The position numbers and the translations under genes were made by a program. 64,000 bases of DNA from Catajapyx aquilonaris (Eukaryota), in assembly GCA_000934665.2 (NCBI GenBank), contig KZ538334.1, positions 1 to 64,000 of the forward strand, written 5' to 3'. Below are positions 1-13,620 of this stretch, in pieces (position 1 is the first letter of the stretch; each line of letters begins with the position of its first letter). Below the pieces are notes generated by a model that did not search any database, had not been told where the DNA came from, and saw only the letters and a program-made list of their open reading frames with translations.

Positions 1-890
1 AAAGTCAAATTCCTCATATCTCGCAGTCAACCAGGCATTTCAGTGTACCCTTTCGATTGGCAGCGGCGTTTTTCCCGCCAATTTTGAAGGCACTTTTGAA
101 TGTGTCGTAATTTATCCAGTAATGTCATTTTGATGCAACAGAGTGATGGAATGTATGTTTACAGGCATGGGCTAGCTAGTTATGAACAAATATCCCAAAT
201 CCCAGACCAAGGCTAGTTCCCCATTACATGACTTACGATCACACGACACGCAAGTGACCAATCCTTGCTTCTTGCAGAACTTCCAATGCAATCATCACCT
301 AGAAGCATAAATAATTTTCATGACTGATCGGAGTCGAAGCCGTTCAAAATAAACCTTTTGAGTTCGTTACGTGGACAGAAATGCATCTTCAACAGGAATG
401 CCAAATCTTGACGTAGTGAATAGCAGAGACGGAAGTCTATAAAAATGCACAAGTTACTAACTCATTCTCGCTACACCCAAAATAAATCATGTTCTCTGCA
501 CATCTATACTCATTTTTGTACACATTTTTCTCCCTCTTCCTGAGGAACTAGCACATGTCAAAAGTCACCTGACGCAGGTGGCATAATGCGTAGAGGCAAA
601 AAAAAAAAACGAAAAATAAATAACTCTGGTTAAAATATTCTGGGCGCACGCAATCGTAGCCCAAATCAATCACATACTTAATGTGAAAGCAACATGTCAT
701 TAGCACACATTTAAAAGAACACGCCCGAAGCACCAGAAACCAAAAATCAACTCACTCTGAACAGCAACAAAAATTCACACGTACAGGTCCTATGTCATGG
801 TGTAAAAATACTTTTCTGGTGAAGTAATTCCTATACAATCTAAAATCTTTGGCACGTGGCCCAAGCCAAGTAGCAGGATCTGACCCCATG

Positions 891-3800
891 TCATTTCCCG
901 CTGACGGTTTGGGGAAGCAAAGACTCCTTGGAAGAAGCGTCATCACTTCGAGGGGGTTCCTTCCTCACGAACGTAACCCACGTGTAGGCCAGGCTTCCAA
1001 TGATGCTGATGTTAAGGCCTATGAAGTTGGTCCACGAGAAGATGTAGTCACCTCCTATCACCATTCCCAAATAGGTGACGGATATGTTTTTCAGGCAGCC
1101 CACGATGGTCGTTGTAAGGGCCGAGTTGTAGTGAGTGCACAGAACTACACTGTATGAAAGCACGAAACCCATCACACATGATAGGAGGAACTGCGAGGTG
1201 AACATCGGATCACCCCAGTGACTGAAGGCCAGAGCCTGAAAAAGATAGGATGTGATTAAGCTCGGCATATACTACATAAAATATTAATATATTAAAAAAA
1301 CAGCCAAAAGCACTACCTTGCCGAGATCTCCCGTCTGCCAGGCAAATATGATTGCAGGTAGCAACATAAAGAGCGAGTTGTAAAACAGCAGGCCGTATTT
1401 CCCCAGATCTTTTGCGTCCAGCTTCTTTTTGGTGTAGACGCCATTGCTGGCTGTGAAGACGTTGTTGATAAGGACAAAGAGGTATCCCTCCAAGTTGAAG
1501 GAGAGGTCATCCGCTGCTGCTATGACTGAACCAAGAATCATGGTGTACACAGACAGCTGGACTGGCATGGACGGCCGAACCCTAATCAGCACAAATATTA
1601 GTTAGAATCCATTTCACTGCACTGTTCTCTGAAGGAGTACTCACCCTAAGATGTAAAGTTCAGCCACCATGGTCATCAATATGGAAAATCGCCGAAGGGC
1701 AGTGAACATGGGAAGACTGCGGAGGATCAAAAACACCATAAAATAACAAAACCATTCAAAAAAAAACAAAAAACGGCTTGGACAAACCTGAGTTGCTTGG
1801 TGCCTCCTAATCCAAAGACCATGTTGCCAATGTATATAAGCGGAAGTGGCCATATCTGAGGAGGTTTAAAATGGATGCTCATTACAGTGCTAAAAATATG
1901 GTGTTCAACTGCAATTACAAGCTGTGGGAAAAATCTTTCCAGTTATGCATTTCCCCCAAAATTAGTCCTTACCTTATTGGCCACATCTAGGCCTGCATCA
2001 GGATATGACACTATCCTCGTCTTCTTTGCAGCATAGAGGACAACTATGGTGGCCACCATCTGGAAAAAAAAGGACTCGTTAGCTCCATGTCTGCTTTAAA
2101 CCAATCACATGAAATTGTAACGACGAAGCTCTCACCTGTCCTACGCCCAAAAACTGGAAGGACGGAAACCTGAAAAGGACAAAATGTTGCATTTACGTTA
2201 ACAATTGGCAACAAAATCCATCGTTTATCATGATAGTTGAGTAACATGTTATTACGTTACTTCATTCATGACAATTCTATTTTGACATAGCTTCGTGTTG
2301 TTAGGTAAGGGATACTGCACATTGCATAACCCACTGTGCAAGACACATTGGTGTAATAGCAGAGTACGTTGTCTGCCATCCTGTCTGCTTGCGATAAAAG
2401 TGCTCTCTACACATCACAAACGAATGAGTGAGAAACTGAGAATAGCATGACAATCCCCCTCATTATATTACTGTCATCAATCATCAGGCATATGATAGCA
2501 GGATGCGCACAGAATGCGGCCTCTCAGCCATATTTCAATAATGATGCTGCTATAATATTTTTACCACCGCCCACAGATTAGCCCATAACTTCCTTCTCAG
2601 AATGGCCATCTCATGCCTTTCGATAATATCCTTGCAGAATTTTCACTGCCACAAAAAAAAATCCGCGCCTGTAACATTTAGCACATTCTTTCTGGCTTGC
2701 AAGGTTACAAAAGATTGCAATAAATAAGCCTCGGCTAATCACAATGCAAGGGATGAGATACGGGATTGGGTGACATGTGGTAATGACCATGACTTGCAGT
2801 CTGAAGGCCGTTCAATGACCATGTGCCGAAGAGCCAACAACCCCGGCTCTCCCTCCCCCCAAAAATCTCCTTGCATGGGGAGGATTCCCACTAACCGCCC
2901 TCCAGGCACCACCATTCAACCCTCAGAATGGACCACAAAAAATGGAGCATTCCTTCACATCAGCTCAGGTCACTTTCACTGACACACCTGAATCCCCTTA
3001 ATGTTTTTTTTTTTTTTTTCAAGTCATCTTTTGCTACTCGGCTAATCATGAGCGTTCTCGCTTACAGGTTGTTGAGCTGCCAAAATGAGCTTCGTGCCCC
3101 TCGGCTAACTGGAGCAGAGGACCCAATTTGCTCATGCCATAGTAATTACGTGTTGCTTTGTCACAGTTGACACCCACGAACAACAGTTAAAATTGGGTTA
3201 ATGATTTCAGCAAAACTCAAGCAGTAAGTGCATGACAACAGAATTCTTAAGTTTTCCAAATATTTGAGGTCAGACTTAAAATAATCTAAAGTGGTGATCT
3301 CTTTTATGGGAGCCGTGTTTTTTAGGAAGGTTTTTTCCCCCCTCTTTTTAAAACCTGATTTCACTAAAACTTGGAAGGAAAGATAGGGAAGGTGTCACCT
3401 TGCTGATAAGAAGCTTCCCCCGAATTGTCCTTGGGAGACCAGATGACTTCATAGAAAATCCTGACAGGCACCTGAATTCAAACGCAAGACCTCCCAAATA
3501 ATAGATTGATACGTAACGTCACGACTACACTGTTTCAGTCCCTTGACTGTACAGGATGCGATCTTTGGTTAAGATGCTCCTCAGCTTCATGTAGGTTCAA
3601 GGACAAACCACCTTCACTTGGTTTGCCATTTTTTTGGTATATTCATTACATTCAGGGACATTTATACTGACATCATTGAAGAAACATTAAATCCCCCAAC
3701 TTAAATATGGACACATTGATATTTGTTATTGATTTTAATTCTGGTAATATTGAAGGCGATTGTAATTATTTTGTCTATCCCGTCAGGTTTTTGACAGAAG

Positions 3801-6307
3801 CGTGGGTTAGCATGTTATCATCCTGTCATCTATTCAGTATGGAATAGCGGTAGGATCAGGAGACATTATCATGTCTTGAATTGCAATCGAGGCTGCAACG
3901 TTCACAGCATCTCCGTCAAGGACTGAGCAAAGACTAGTCACAACTGTGCACAAACCCAAATAATACTAATTTGCAATAGGATACTTGAATAAATCTGCAC
4001 TATTTAAACTGAAAATTGTGCACATTCAAACATTGAAAGTGACATCCTAAAGAGAGCAACAGGCAACGTAATTTAAGTGCCAGACCCAGACTGTAAGTTA
4101 CAGAAAACAGACGCTGGAGAGAAAAAAGAAATCTCAATGGACTCAATCGCACTGTAAGCAGAAAACATCATTTGCATTTTTCTGCTTATGCTAACCATGT
4201 TTGTTCCATGAAATTATTGCAAATTTAATGCAGTAACACCTTTTTACAGTGGAGTTGCTCTCTTCAAAGAAAGCTTTCTAGGTTTCCATTATTTTACGAC
4301 AGAATCAAGTGAGAGTTTTATCCCAGGACAAGAAAAAAATAATTATCTAATTGACAAGTTTCTGCTGAATCTAGGAATTCTTATTGACAGGTTTTAACTG
4401 AAGTACATTGTTCACTCAGAAATCCTTGAATTAAAACGAACACTTCAAGAAAACATTTGGTTCATGTCAACGTCTACTGTGATTAAGCAACAGCTTCACC
4501 ATCTTTCACAGTTAAAAAGTAAACGTGCTTTTTTATGGTCACAGGTTGCGGTGAGGTTTGAGGTTCACCTGGTCTCTTTCACTTCAACCATAAATGTTTC
4601 TTACGGACTTCTTTACATAAAACATAATTACATCGATGCAGAAGAACTAAATGCTAGGTTAAAATTAATATATTAATGCCTGGTTGCACCAACAAAATTA
4701 TCGGTCCGATAGCTCCTAATGGACAGATAGGTAGACCTTTTAACATGTGCTATCGATCCGTTAGGAGCTATCGGACCGGTAATTTTGTTGGTGCAACCAG
4801 TCATAATACAAGCATGTTGGGATCCCTTACGAAAACAAGCTCTTTCATTTCAGCTTAAGAAGTAAAGTAATACATCATGTCTACACATGGATGAAGCAAG
4901 ACTTTCACAGCCCAACTTACTCATGCCGTGAACATGGTAATTAACATTAATTCATGATTGTCCAAAGTGCTGTAACAATCAAATGCTGGATGATGGCTAG
5001 GTATCCCAGTTTTTGGTTTTCTGTCTAATTAGTAGAATAACTTTCACAGACCGATGAAAATGGGGCGGCTTAAAAAAGGCAGTTGGCATTATACATCTGA
5101 CAAATCCACAAGAATTAGCTGGTATGGTTTTCAGAGAGGCTCAGTAAAGGAGGTCGTGTGGTTTCTAACCAGCACATGCAGCACACATAAAAAATTCTGT
5201 ATATCAAACAGAGACATTTATGATATACAGAACATCTTTTTTTTTTTTCATCCTCCTTTTCTTTTACTATCAGGCAGCCTGGTTTCCCAGACATGTGAAG
5301 CAAGCAACACCTGCTCGGAGACGGGTCCTTTTATGCAGGAACAAAACACCAAGTGTTACTTGGGATGTTTGTTGCACATCTCATTTTACACCAACCATAC
5401 AAGGTGTGCTTTAAAAATTAGCTTGTAAAAAGAATACCAAACTGTACAAAAGCAAGTTACAATATTTGGTGCAAATATCATGAAACAATAGATCTCCCAA
5501 GTAAATGTACGGCACATAATAAACCATTGAAGAAAGACTGTGTTATCTGAAGGAAGTCCATTCCTGTTTACGTCATTCCATAGATTGCTCATTGCATTTA
5601 CAGCATATTTTATCACGCGGGCAAACTTGTGGTTATCATTAATTGGGCCCAAGTTGTTTACAGTCTTTCAGATATCTTTGTGTCAATACATCGCCTACAG
5701 GGTGTCCCTAAAGTAACTGTGCATTGGAATGTTACCGTGCAGTAAAGTATACCATGCAGTTCTTCCTGTAGCAGATGTTGAAAACATCCTGATGTATGTC
5801 TGCAGCTCTGCTCTAGGTACAAGGTAGTACATGGCAACATCTGCTGTCGGAAGAACTGCAAAGTGGTTTACGCCACCGTAACTTTTGAGCCGTACATTCC
5901 ACTGCACAGGAACTTTCCTTTGTGAGAAACCTGGTATCAAACGCTCAGGTTACCACCGTGCAGTCCCCTTATCGTGTGCAGCCAAATATTTACCTGGCTC
6001 AAAGTTGACCCAAACTATTAGTAAAACGAACTACGCTACTTTGAAGTAAAATATCTCATGTACAGTGGGTCTTTTATTCCTATTTAATGCAATTAATAAG
6101 CAGCTCCATTTTACACATCATCACCTTATTTGAACATGTAAATGAATTTTCCCAGGCTCCTCATCCCTTCGTTACTTACTTGTAGGACGTGAGTACAGTC
6201 TTGTTAACGACTGTGATCATTAAGGAGGCTACCCCGTAGAAAAGGGCCGAGAAAATCCTCCAGAACTGGAGGCTTCCCGGCGGATCTTCCTCTCTGGCCG
6301 CTGCCAT
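891..6307 (-). CDS. SLC35D: SLC35D-family UDP-sugar transporter (fringe connection-like), 7 coding exons
   Basis: GT-AG exons 6307-6180, 2169-2136, 2059-1973, 1855-1788, 1716-1645, 1581-1317, 1235-891 join in frame: ...SALFYGVASLMITVVNKTVLTSYKFPSFQFLGVGQM...[37 protein letters not shown]...KYGLLFYNSLFM...CTHYNSALTTTIVGCLKN, typical of SLC35D1/frc. An alternative in-frame ATG lies at 6355. Confidence 0.93.
3370..3530 (-). mobile_element. Degenerate tRNA-derived SINE fragment
   Basis: Minus strand has GGGAGGTCTTGCGTTTGAATTC (B-box-like) and ends CCTTCCCTATCTTTCC, resembling the intact SINE at 39827-40140. Confidence 0.4.
4677..4803. mobile_element. PIF/Harbinger (Tourist-like) MITE
   Basis: Long near-perfect inverted arms (CTGGTTGCACCAACAAAATTA...TAATTTTGTTGGTGCAACCAG) with TAA on both sides (4674-4676, 4804-4806). 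Confidence 0.8.
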
Positions 6308-6968
6308 CTTGCCATGTGCAAATCGCATTCGAAACCGTCTGCCACGGTCTGCCATCTGGCGGGGACAACATTGAAAAGAAAAAAATGACGTCATGGAATC
6401 CAGTGGTGCCAGATGAAAGATGACGTCATCAACCCGCGCGGTATTTGAATGGAGTACTTGCATTGTAGTGATTGTGTACCAATTATCCGGAAGAAACCAT
6501 CGTTAGTGATGTCACTATCGGTGTGTAGTCACGACCAGGGAAGGACGAGTGAAGTCAGTCCGTGCACAAAAACCGTCAAGGATTTCTTTCAAGGTTCCAT
6601 GACATTTTTTGGCCGTTTTCAATGTGACGTCACTTTTCCAGTGTCGCCATCAAGTGGTTGAACTTTTTTTTTTAAAGTATCGATATATCGTTGTTGGTTT
6701 GTGTGTATCGATGACCCCCGCGGTGCATTGTGGGATGCGTCGAGCGAGGAGGAAAAAGGGGCCAGTTCTCTCTCCCGGAGCGGACCGTCTGCTGTGCGAT
6801 CCTGCTCTCGGTCGGCTGTGGCGGGGAGAGACTCGGAAGAACCTGAGCCCCCCCCAGGAAGGAAGTGCGCGGGGGGTGTTTTCTTTTTGGAGGAAAAGTG
6901 GGGGGTGTAGTCCAGCAAAGGATGAGGGGCCAGTGCCGCAGCGGTGCATAGGACATACACAGGAAAAG
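6308..6968. promoter_or_regulatory. CpG-rich promoter of SLC35D, probably bidirectional, with a + strand non-coding first exon ending at 6968
   Basis: TGACGTCA at 6386, 6421 and 6625; TATCGATA (DRE) at 6678; GCCATC (YY1-like) near the ATG; donor AAG|GTACGT at 6968/6969. Confidence 0.55.
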
Positions 6969-7079
6969 GTACGTTGCATTATTAATACACACACACACAC
7001 CTTTTCTGGGTGGGGGAGGTCCCTTTTCCCTGTTCCCACCCCGGATGTTGGTGCATAGAACACAGGGTCCAAACCACAC

Positions 7080-7738
7080 CCTATAGGCTATAGGGGCAGA
7101 CACACTTACTTGAAGGGTTGGCGCCACTGATTGGGTGACCACCCGGGATGACAATCAGTTATTGGCATCCCTGTGTGACCAGCAGGGATGCCAATAACTG
7201 ATTGTCATCCCTGGTGGTCACCCAATCAGTGGCGCCAACCCTTCAAGTAAGTGTGTCTGCCCCTATAGCCTATAGGCATCCCTGCTGGTCACACAGGGGT
7301 GCCAACATGTATGGGAGCAGCCCTGTTGCTTGAGATATCATTGGCACCCCTGTGTGATCAGCAGGGATGCCAATATCTCAAGTATCCCCCCCCCTAAAGG
7401 AATGGTGGTTAGTAAAATAAATCAAACAAACAATCAATAATATCTCAAGTATGACTTGTCAAGTACTTGCGCGTGACTGCATGCAGTTTCGGCACCTACA
7501 TTCTGAACAAAATATTAAGCGTCATCGTTGGCACTCCTGCGTGATCATCAGGGGTACCAATGTTTCAAGTAACAGCCCAATGTAGCCAAGGTCACGCAGG
7601 GGTGCCAACATGTGTAGCAGCCCTGTTACTTGAAACATTGGCACCCCTGCTGGTCACGCAGGAGGGGCCAACGATGCTGCGTAATATTTGGTTCGGAATG
7701 TGGGTGCCCGAAACTGCGTACAGTAGTGCTGCAAGTAC
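7080..7738. repeat. Cluster of palindromes built on a TTGGCAYCCCTG-N9-CAGGGRTGCCAA module (hAT-TIR-like)
   Basis: 94-bp arms 7080-7173 and 7183-7276 with one mismatch; further inverted pairs about 7275-7373 and about 7463-7575/7623-7738. Confidence 0.85.
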
Positions 7739-10700
7739 CTGGTGTCACGGTAATTAATGCAAGATATGCAGGCAGGTTGCCAATGGTGATGTGACTAATT
7801 CACCGTGTGAGTATCGATGTGGACACACTTGCACAATGTTGCTTTATTTAGGCCAGGACGAGGAAGGAATGGGGCGCAGCAATGCTGAACAGGAACTGGG
7901 ATGAAAATCGCTTAGCTTCATACATGTTGACGTGTGACAAGACCTAACGAACTGGATTTGTAGAGGAAAATGCACTAGTTGAGGAAATGTTGGCTCGGCT
8001 GCTGCTCACTGTGAGCCAAAATGCGAGAAAGACTTTTAATCTGTTGGCATCTCGCAGGATGTACATAGAGTACGTTGCGGTATACTGGATCCCACGGTGG
8101 GAGGATGAATTTTGTGCAATTAGTAATATTGTGTAAATTGTGTCTTGCGAAACATGCCTTTGCAATATGCTGAAATGCATGGTAAATATTGTGGTAGTAG
8201 GACAAGAAATAATTTGTGCATTTGGATGGAGTACAAATCAGGCAGGATTTTAGGTGAAATTTAGGAAAAAGTAGGTTATGCCAGTTAAAGAGTGAGTGAC
8301 TCTTTGTCATAACGCTCATCCAACGGAAAAACAATAGGCCTATGCATAGACACACTTTGTGGTGTCCGCATTTATCTGACAGTTACATTTTATGCCGCCA
8401 GCTGCAGGAACTGGGTGAATTATAATTTATAACAATCCATATATTTCTGACAAACACTGTTACACTAAAGCATTTTGACGGATATTGCCGTGTGTGACTG
8501 TAGGCTAGTCAAGTGTGCCTATATGCTCCATGGCATTATAGCAGTATGATCTAAAAACCGGTTGGAAATAGTGTGATATAGGCCTAGTTAAAAGCTGACT
8601 TTCTAAATTGGTACAAGGTGGATCAGTTGAAAACTGAAATGGCGTAAAAACTAAGATTGGAAACAAAATAACTGTAAATACTAACAACAGAAAACAGAAT
8701 CCGCACAACGTTTATGATCAAAAATTCAATCTGGGATGAGCCAGGTATATTTTACATCACAAAAGTGCGGCTCAGAATGCTGTTGAAGCGCACATGTCAG
8801 TGCATTGTTGCCGTGACAGTTACATCCATGTCAAGATTGTATATGGCTCACACAATACACTGATAACGCTTGTACAGCTGCTAGTACCGATACCAAATTG
8901 TAAACAATGGACAGATGTGATGTTGGCACGTGTCACGTGCAGCATAATGATTTCAAAGAGTGCATCACCCTTGGTGTATGCGTTATGTCAGTAATTGCAT
9001 AAGTTTGAAGTTTCAGATAGTGTTCAGATCAGTGTGAGTTATTTGTTTTTTAGTGTTTCCCAGAAGTGGCTTGCACTTGAACGTGCATTGTGTACGTAAG
9101 TGGTTAATACCGTAGAATCTTGCCGTATTTCCACTATCTGGTTATGCAGTCATTGCATGTGTTGGTGCAAATGTTGACTATTTTTGCAGCTGTGCCATGA
9201 TCGCAATGCAGACATTTTAGAATTTTTGGATTCTTCGACACTTATGATTGTTTGGTCCATGTAGATCATATTTGTAGAATGGGGTTTAGTCCAGTTGTGC
9301 CCCCAGTGCGCAGTCGCTTGGTATGCATTTGTATAATAAAATTCAAGCTCCGGCATTGACCTGCCTTTTTGGTCATAACTTGTGGCACTAAAAACGTTCC
9401 CAAAATAATTTTTGAGTAGCCATCAGACATGAGCATGTCGCAACTCCTCTTTCTGCTGTGTAGCCAGAAGAATGCAGTGCTTTGAAGGATCCCAAATTGG
9501 GGAGCTTTAGATTGGCACAAATGCCAACCCGCCTACTCTCACTCCCTGTCGCTTGGTTCTCACTTTGAAATTACTGTAGTAACTGGGCCAAAAAAACACG
9601 ACTGTCACCAACTGACTAGAAAGTGTAAACTCATTCCGGCCATTCATTGTGTTTGAACCCAATACAGTTCCCTGTCAGCGATATAAATTGTATCGTGCTG
9701 GACTCAAAAGTGTGTAACTGTTTCCTGAGATTGCTGATAAGCTGTTGTTGTAAAAGAGAGTTGTGTAACTCATCAACTGAGCAAAAATATAATTTGGATG
9801 TTATTTTTAAAAAATTTATAGCGATTTTTTTTTTAAATCTGCTGATCTGCTATGAAAATAGTTTTAAAAATGAGTATTTTTAATTTTGGCGTTTCGTGTT
9901 TGCATGCAAAATGTTCCTCTCGAGTATGGCTATCTAAAGCAGATTGTAATTAATAGGCTGGCTTTTCATAGACGTGTGTTCACCGCATGCGGGTTGTTGT
10001 TATTACCTGGTTAATTACTGTCCGACACGTGTGGTATTTTGAAACTGCCCATGTATTTACAGCGGGTTAGTTAGGTACTGTTATAATAGTGAAAGCCTGG
10101 GTTTTCATTTTGATTGGCTGCGAGCCACTATAGGATTTTAAATAAACCATGTCGACAGGAGACAGGCTTACATGAATGTAATTGTATGACTGCTAAGTGT
10201 TTCAATGTTGTTGTTTACTTGACAAACATACACCGGATGAGTCAAATGTGAATGTTTCCACCATGATGTCGACTCTAAAAGTAAGGCCCATATTGTGGAT
10301 CTACAAAATTTTCATATATCTCTAGTGAGCCATAAATTGGGCTGGAGACGTTTGTAGGTTCAATTACTGAGCACACACTGCGGGGGCCGCAAATATTAAT
10401 CCGGATCATGCCGATACGTGACGTCACGTCCCGATCTGATGTCTGATATATTACACCCACACCCTCTCCATAGAAATTGAAGTCGTACGTTTGACGAATC
10501 GATAACAAGGTTTTTCCACCAATTTCCGCGAAACTTTTCAGATTGGCGGATTTTTTACCGGTGTAAACAAGGCGGAATTTACAGGATGTGGGTTTGAGGG
10601 AAAGGCCGGATTTTCACTAAGGATATCCTTTGAACGACATAAAAAAAGGGGGGAGCTTTTGTATAGATTTTGAATTGACCGGTGCCCCTCCTACTAGTCA

Positions 10701-10891
10701 GGAATGGTCGGCTCATTACTTATTAAGGGCGGCTCATTAGGCAGAATTGGCACCTGTGGTAAGCATGGGTCGACCTTGTGTGGGCGAAGGAAGGGCATAG
10801 GTTGTCAATAGATGCGATGGACCTGGTCGTTGTTTATTGGCCCAACCCTGGTTGCGTAAGGACTCTGGAGACGGCATGTAACCTATGACAC

Positions 10892-11043
10892 CTCCTACTC
10901 CAGCCTTATGGAGATCCCCGTGCCATTTTTAGCCGTAGCGGCGATTCGTCCGCCAGGATCGCCACAGAATTCAGCACTACAGCAGCGCCGAAGCGGTTGC
11001 TGCTGAAAATTGCACTGGGATCTCCATAAGGCTGGGGTAGGAG
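10892..11043. mobile_element. MITE with about 40-bp terminal inverted repeats
   Basis: CTCCTACTCCAGCCTTATGGAGATCCC...GGGATCTCCATAAGGCTGGGGTAGGAG. Confidence 0.75.
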
Positions 11044-12442
11044 TATCAGTGGGCTACATAAATATTTCCTCATAGATTTTATTAACTATTAGAATAATAT
11101 GCTGTCCTATAGACGAGCTGGCAAGTCGGATGTTATGCAAATTGAATATGTGCTTATATGGCGGATATTTATGGAGGAGTCGATATGGGGTTGTGGGGGG
11201 GGGGGGGGGNGGGGGCAGAGAGGTATTGGGTTTTGCAACCGGATGATTGGATGCCGCGGACCATGGAAATTGCAAGCCATAAATACTTTTGAGAGCGTTA
11301 TAACGGCATTCTTGTGGAAGTTATAGACCTGGGTACGAGTTTGGTCACGTGTGAAGTTATACTGCTACAGGGTGTTCCAGCTGGCAGAATTATTAGCAAT
11401 GTACAGTATACCACAGAATTGTTTTTTTTGTGTGTGTGTGTAAACATTAGCGGGTCAAGGATTGCGTTTATGTGCGCTGCGTGGCAAAAATCGCTATTTT
11501 CCATCGCGGTTTCCCGAAGGTTAATCAAGAGAGGTAGTCACGAAATATACGGCACTGACTAATTACGGGGCTGCAATCAGACAGTCACAAACATCCACAC
11601 TTATGGTAAACATGTCGGATTTTAAACAACAGCTGATTGACATCAATAATCAAAAGTGTGACGTCGTATTTATCAATCAGCTCGGTATCTATAAGCTACA
11701 TTTATTTATTTTTTCCTGGTATTACACATATATGTATTACACAAAGGGTTACGTGACTGTTGCCGAAATGACCCGACATGTCAACACTGTCACGGAAGTC
11801 GGCACTAAACAAACCACTAGCACTGAGCCGACTATTATTAAGGAAGTTGTAGTTAAATCTACACACACACACATGTTGTTACGTAAATTATTACTATACA
11901 AATGATACAGTTGTACAGGGTGGTCCAGAATAGATTACCTGGGGGCGTGACTTTTTTTGATTAGGCGTTGCTCCAAGTGGGTTGTAATGAGGATGGAGTA
12001 CTTATAGGTGAATTATTGTGACGTTGAGCTAGAAAGCGTTACCATTCCGATATAGATGACTCTGCAGTAACATGTCTCCATCGTTTTGTTCGTTATAGTA
12101 CAGCCAATGATGACTTGTGCAGAAATATCATAGTCATTCTCTGGAGGTCACGGCCAAAGTATACCTGACCATAAATCTCGATTATCCCTGACTTACGTAA
12201 GTGTCCGGATCTGATACGGGCTATGTCCCCGGGTATACGTGACGCACGTAAAGTTTTCCTCGCGGAATCATTTCACCTCACGCTTTCTGCGCAAATCTTC
12301 CACTTTTTTATGCCTGGAAAATGCCAAGAAAAGAATCTTCATGGGAAGGAGAGGGGGTAAAGCACGCACATGCATGCTAGGCACCCATAATGTCTTGAGA
12401 GGTCTTCTATTTTATTTTATTTTTCTCTCTATTTTTTCGTAG

Positions 12443-12564
12443 CATCGTCAGCCTATGATATGAAGCCCAGGAGAGACATGAGCGGCACCTGCTGGCTGCT
12501 TACGTGACCATCTAGGATTCACCCCCTGACCCCCCTTCTCCACCTGACCATTCTGTACCGGCAG
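12443..12564 (+). other. Candidate non-coding (5' UTR) exon of the GT31 gene
   Basis: Long pyrimidine tract ending TTTTTTCGTAG at 12442 and donor CAG|GTAAGA at 12564/12565. Linkage to GT31 is inferred. Confidence 0.4.
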
Positions 12565-13034
12565 GTAAGAGATGAGTTTCGACATATGAGACCTTGTCGG
12601 AGACACAATTTTTTTTCTACGAACCTATTAGAAGCGGGTCAAGGGTGGCATGTTGCCAACATGGGGGGTTTTTAATGATGCGGTTAGGTACATATTGATT
12701 CAATCCAGTCGGAACACCTAATCAAGCATGGTGAAAATTGCGTACTTGTCCGATTAGCCATGTTTTTTTTTAAAAAAAAAGATCCCAATTGGAAGACCTC
12801 ATTAGGATCAGGCAACGACCTGATCAGCAAATTGAGTCAATCCGGCAGCCCTGGAACGGCTGAGAATTAATGGGGTGGTTCATAAATCAAGCGGCCATTT
12901 TGGGTCAATTATACCGAACCACATTTGACGTCACGTTTTTATTCTCTGTACATGCTCCCAGTCTGGTTAGATAACTGGCCCCGTAAACCGCAGGCCGGAT
13001 ATCCCTCAAGACATGGAGGGGGGTAAATGCACCA

Positions 13035-13620
13035 CAAAATATGGCCCATGTATAGTCCAGGTCCGCCATTTTTGGTCCTGAAATGTCCACTGTTTATAAT
13101 CAGGATGCGCATCTAGTGTGTATAGGACGGTATAGGAAGAGAGTCGCCAACTTCTGACGTCTCTGATTGGCTGGAGTAATTTATATACTGATGTTTACGT
13201 GTGCTATGGAGGCTGCCATCTTGCGTTGATATGGAAATAGTGGACGGCTCTGACGTCACGGTCGACACCGATTGGGCTGGAGTGCAGCCAATCGGAGTCG
13301 GCAAAATTACTCCAGCCAATCAGAGACGACCAGTGACGTAGAAGTTGGCGACTCTTCCTCTTGGCTCTCTATAGTGTAGGTAGGTCAAATCTGAAATGTG
13401 AGGCAGCCATGTTTAGTCCAAAGTTGGGCCGCCATTTTTGGTCCGAAAGTGTCCACTAGTGCGCGTATGGCTGCGTGTATAGGTCTGTTAAATTGTAAAT
13501 GTGAGTACGGCCATGTTTAGTCCAAAGTTGGGCCGCCATTTCTGGCCCAGAAGTGTCCACTGCTTATCATGAAGCGCATGTAGGTTGGTCAAACGTGAGT
13601 GCGGCCATGTTTGGTCCAGA
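13035..13620 (+). repeat. Degenerate tandem repeat of about 100 bp (about 4 copies), interrupted by a MITE
   Basis: Core GCCATGTTTAGTCCAAAGTTGGGCCGCCATTT..GGTCC..AAGTGTCCACT at about 13406 and 13510; diverged or partial copies near 13045 and 13604. Confidence 0.75.
13132..13373. mobile_element. MITE-like element
   Basis: AGAGTCGCCAACTTCT...TCTGATTGGCTGGAGTAATTT is mirrored by AAATTACTCCAGCCAATCAGAGACG...AGAAGTTGGCGACTCT. Confidence 0.7.

Noticed and set aside
2725..3112. Three copies of CTCGGCTAA
   Set aside because: Probably a TE remnant, but no termini or TSD could be defined.
5696..5730. Solo TACAGGGTG mariner-like ends (also near 11365 and 11914)
   Set aside because: No matching opposite TIR found.
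6609..7154. Overlapping 110-160 aa ORFs on both strands
   Set aside because: GC-rich promoter/UTR and palindrome DNA; the translations are not protein-like.
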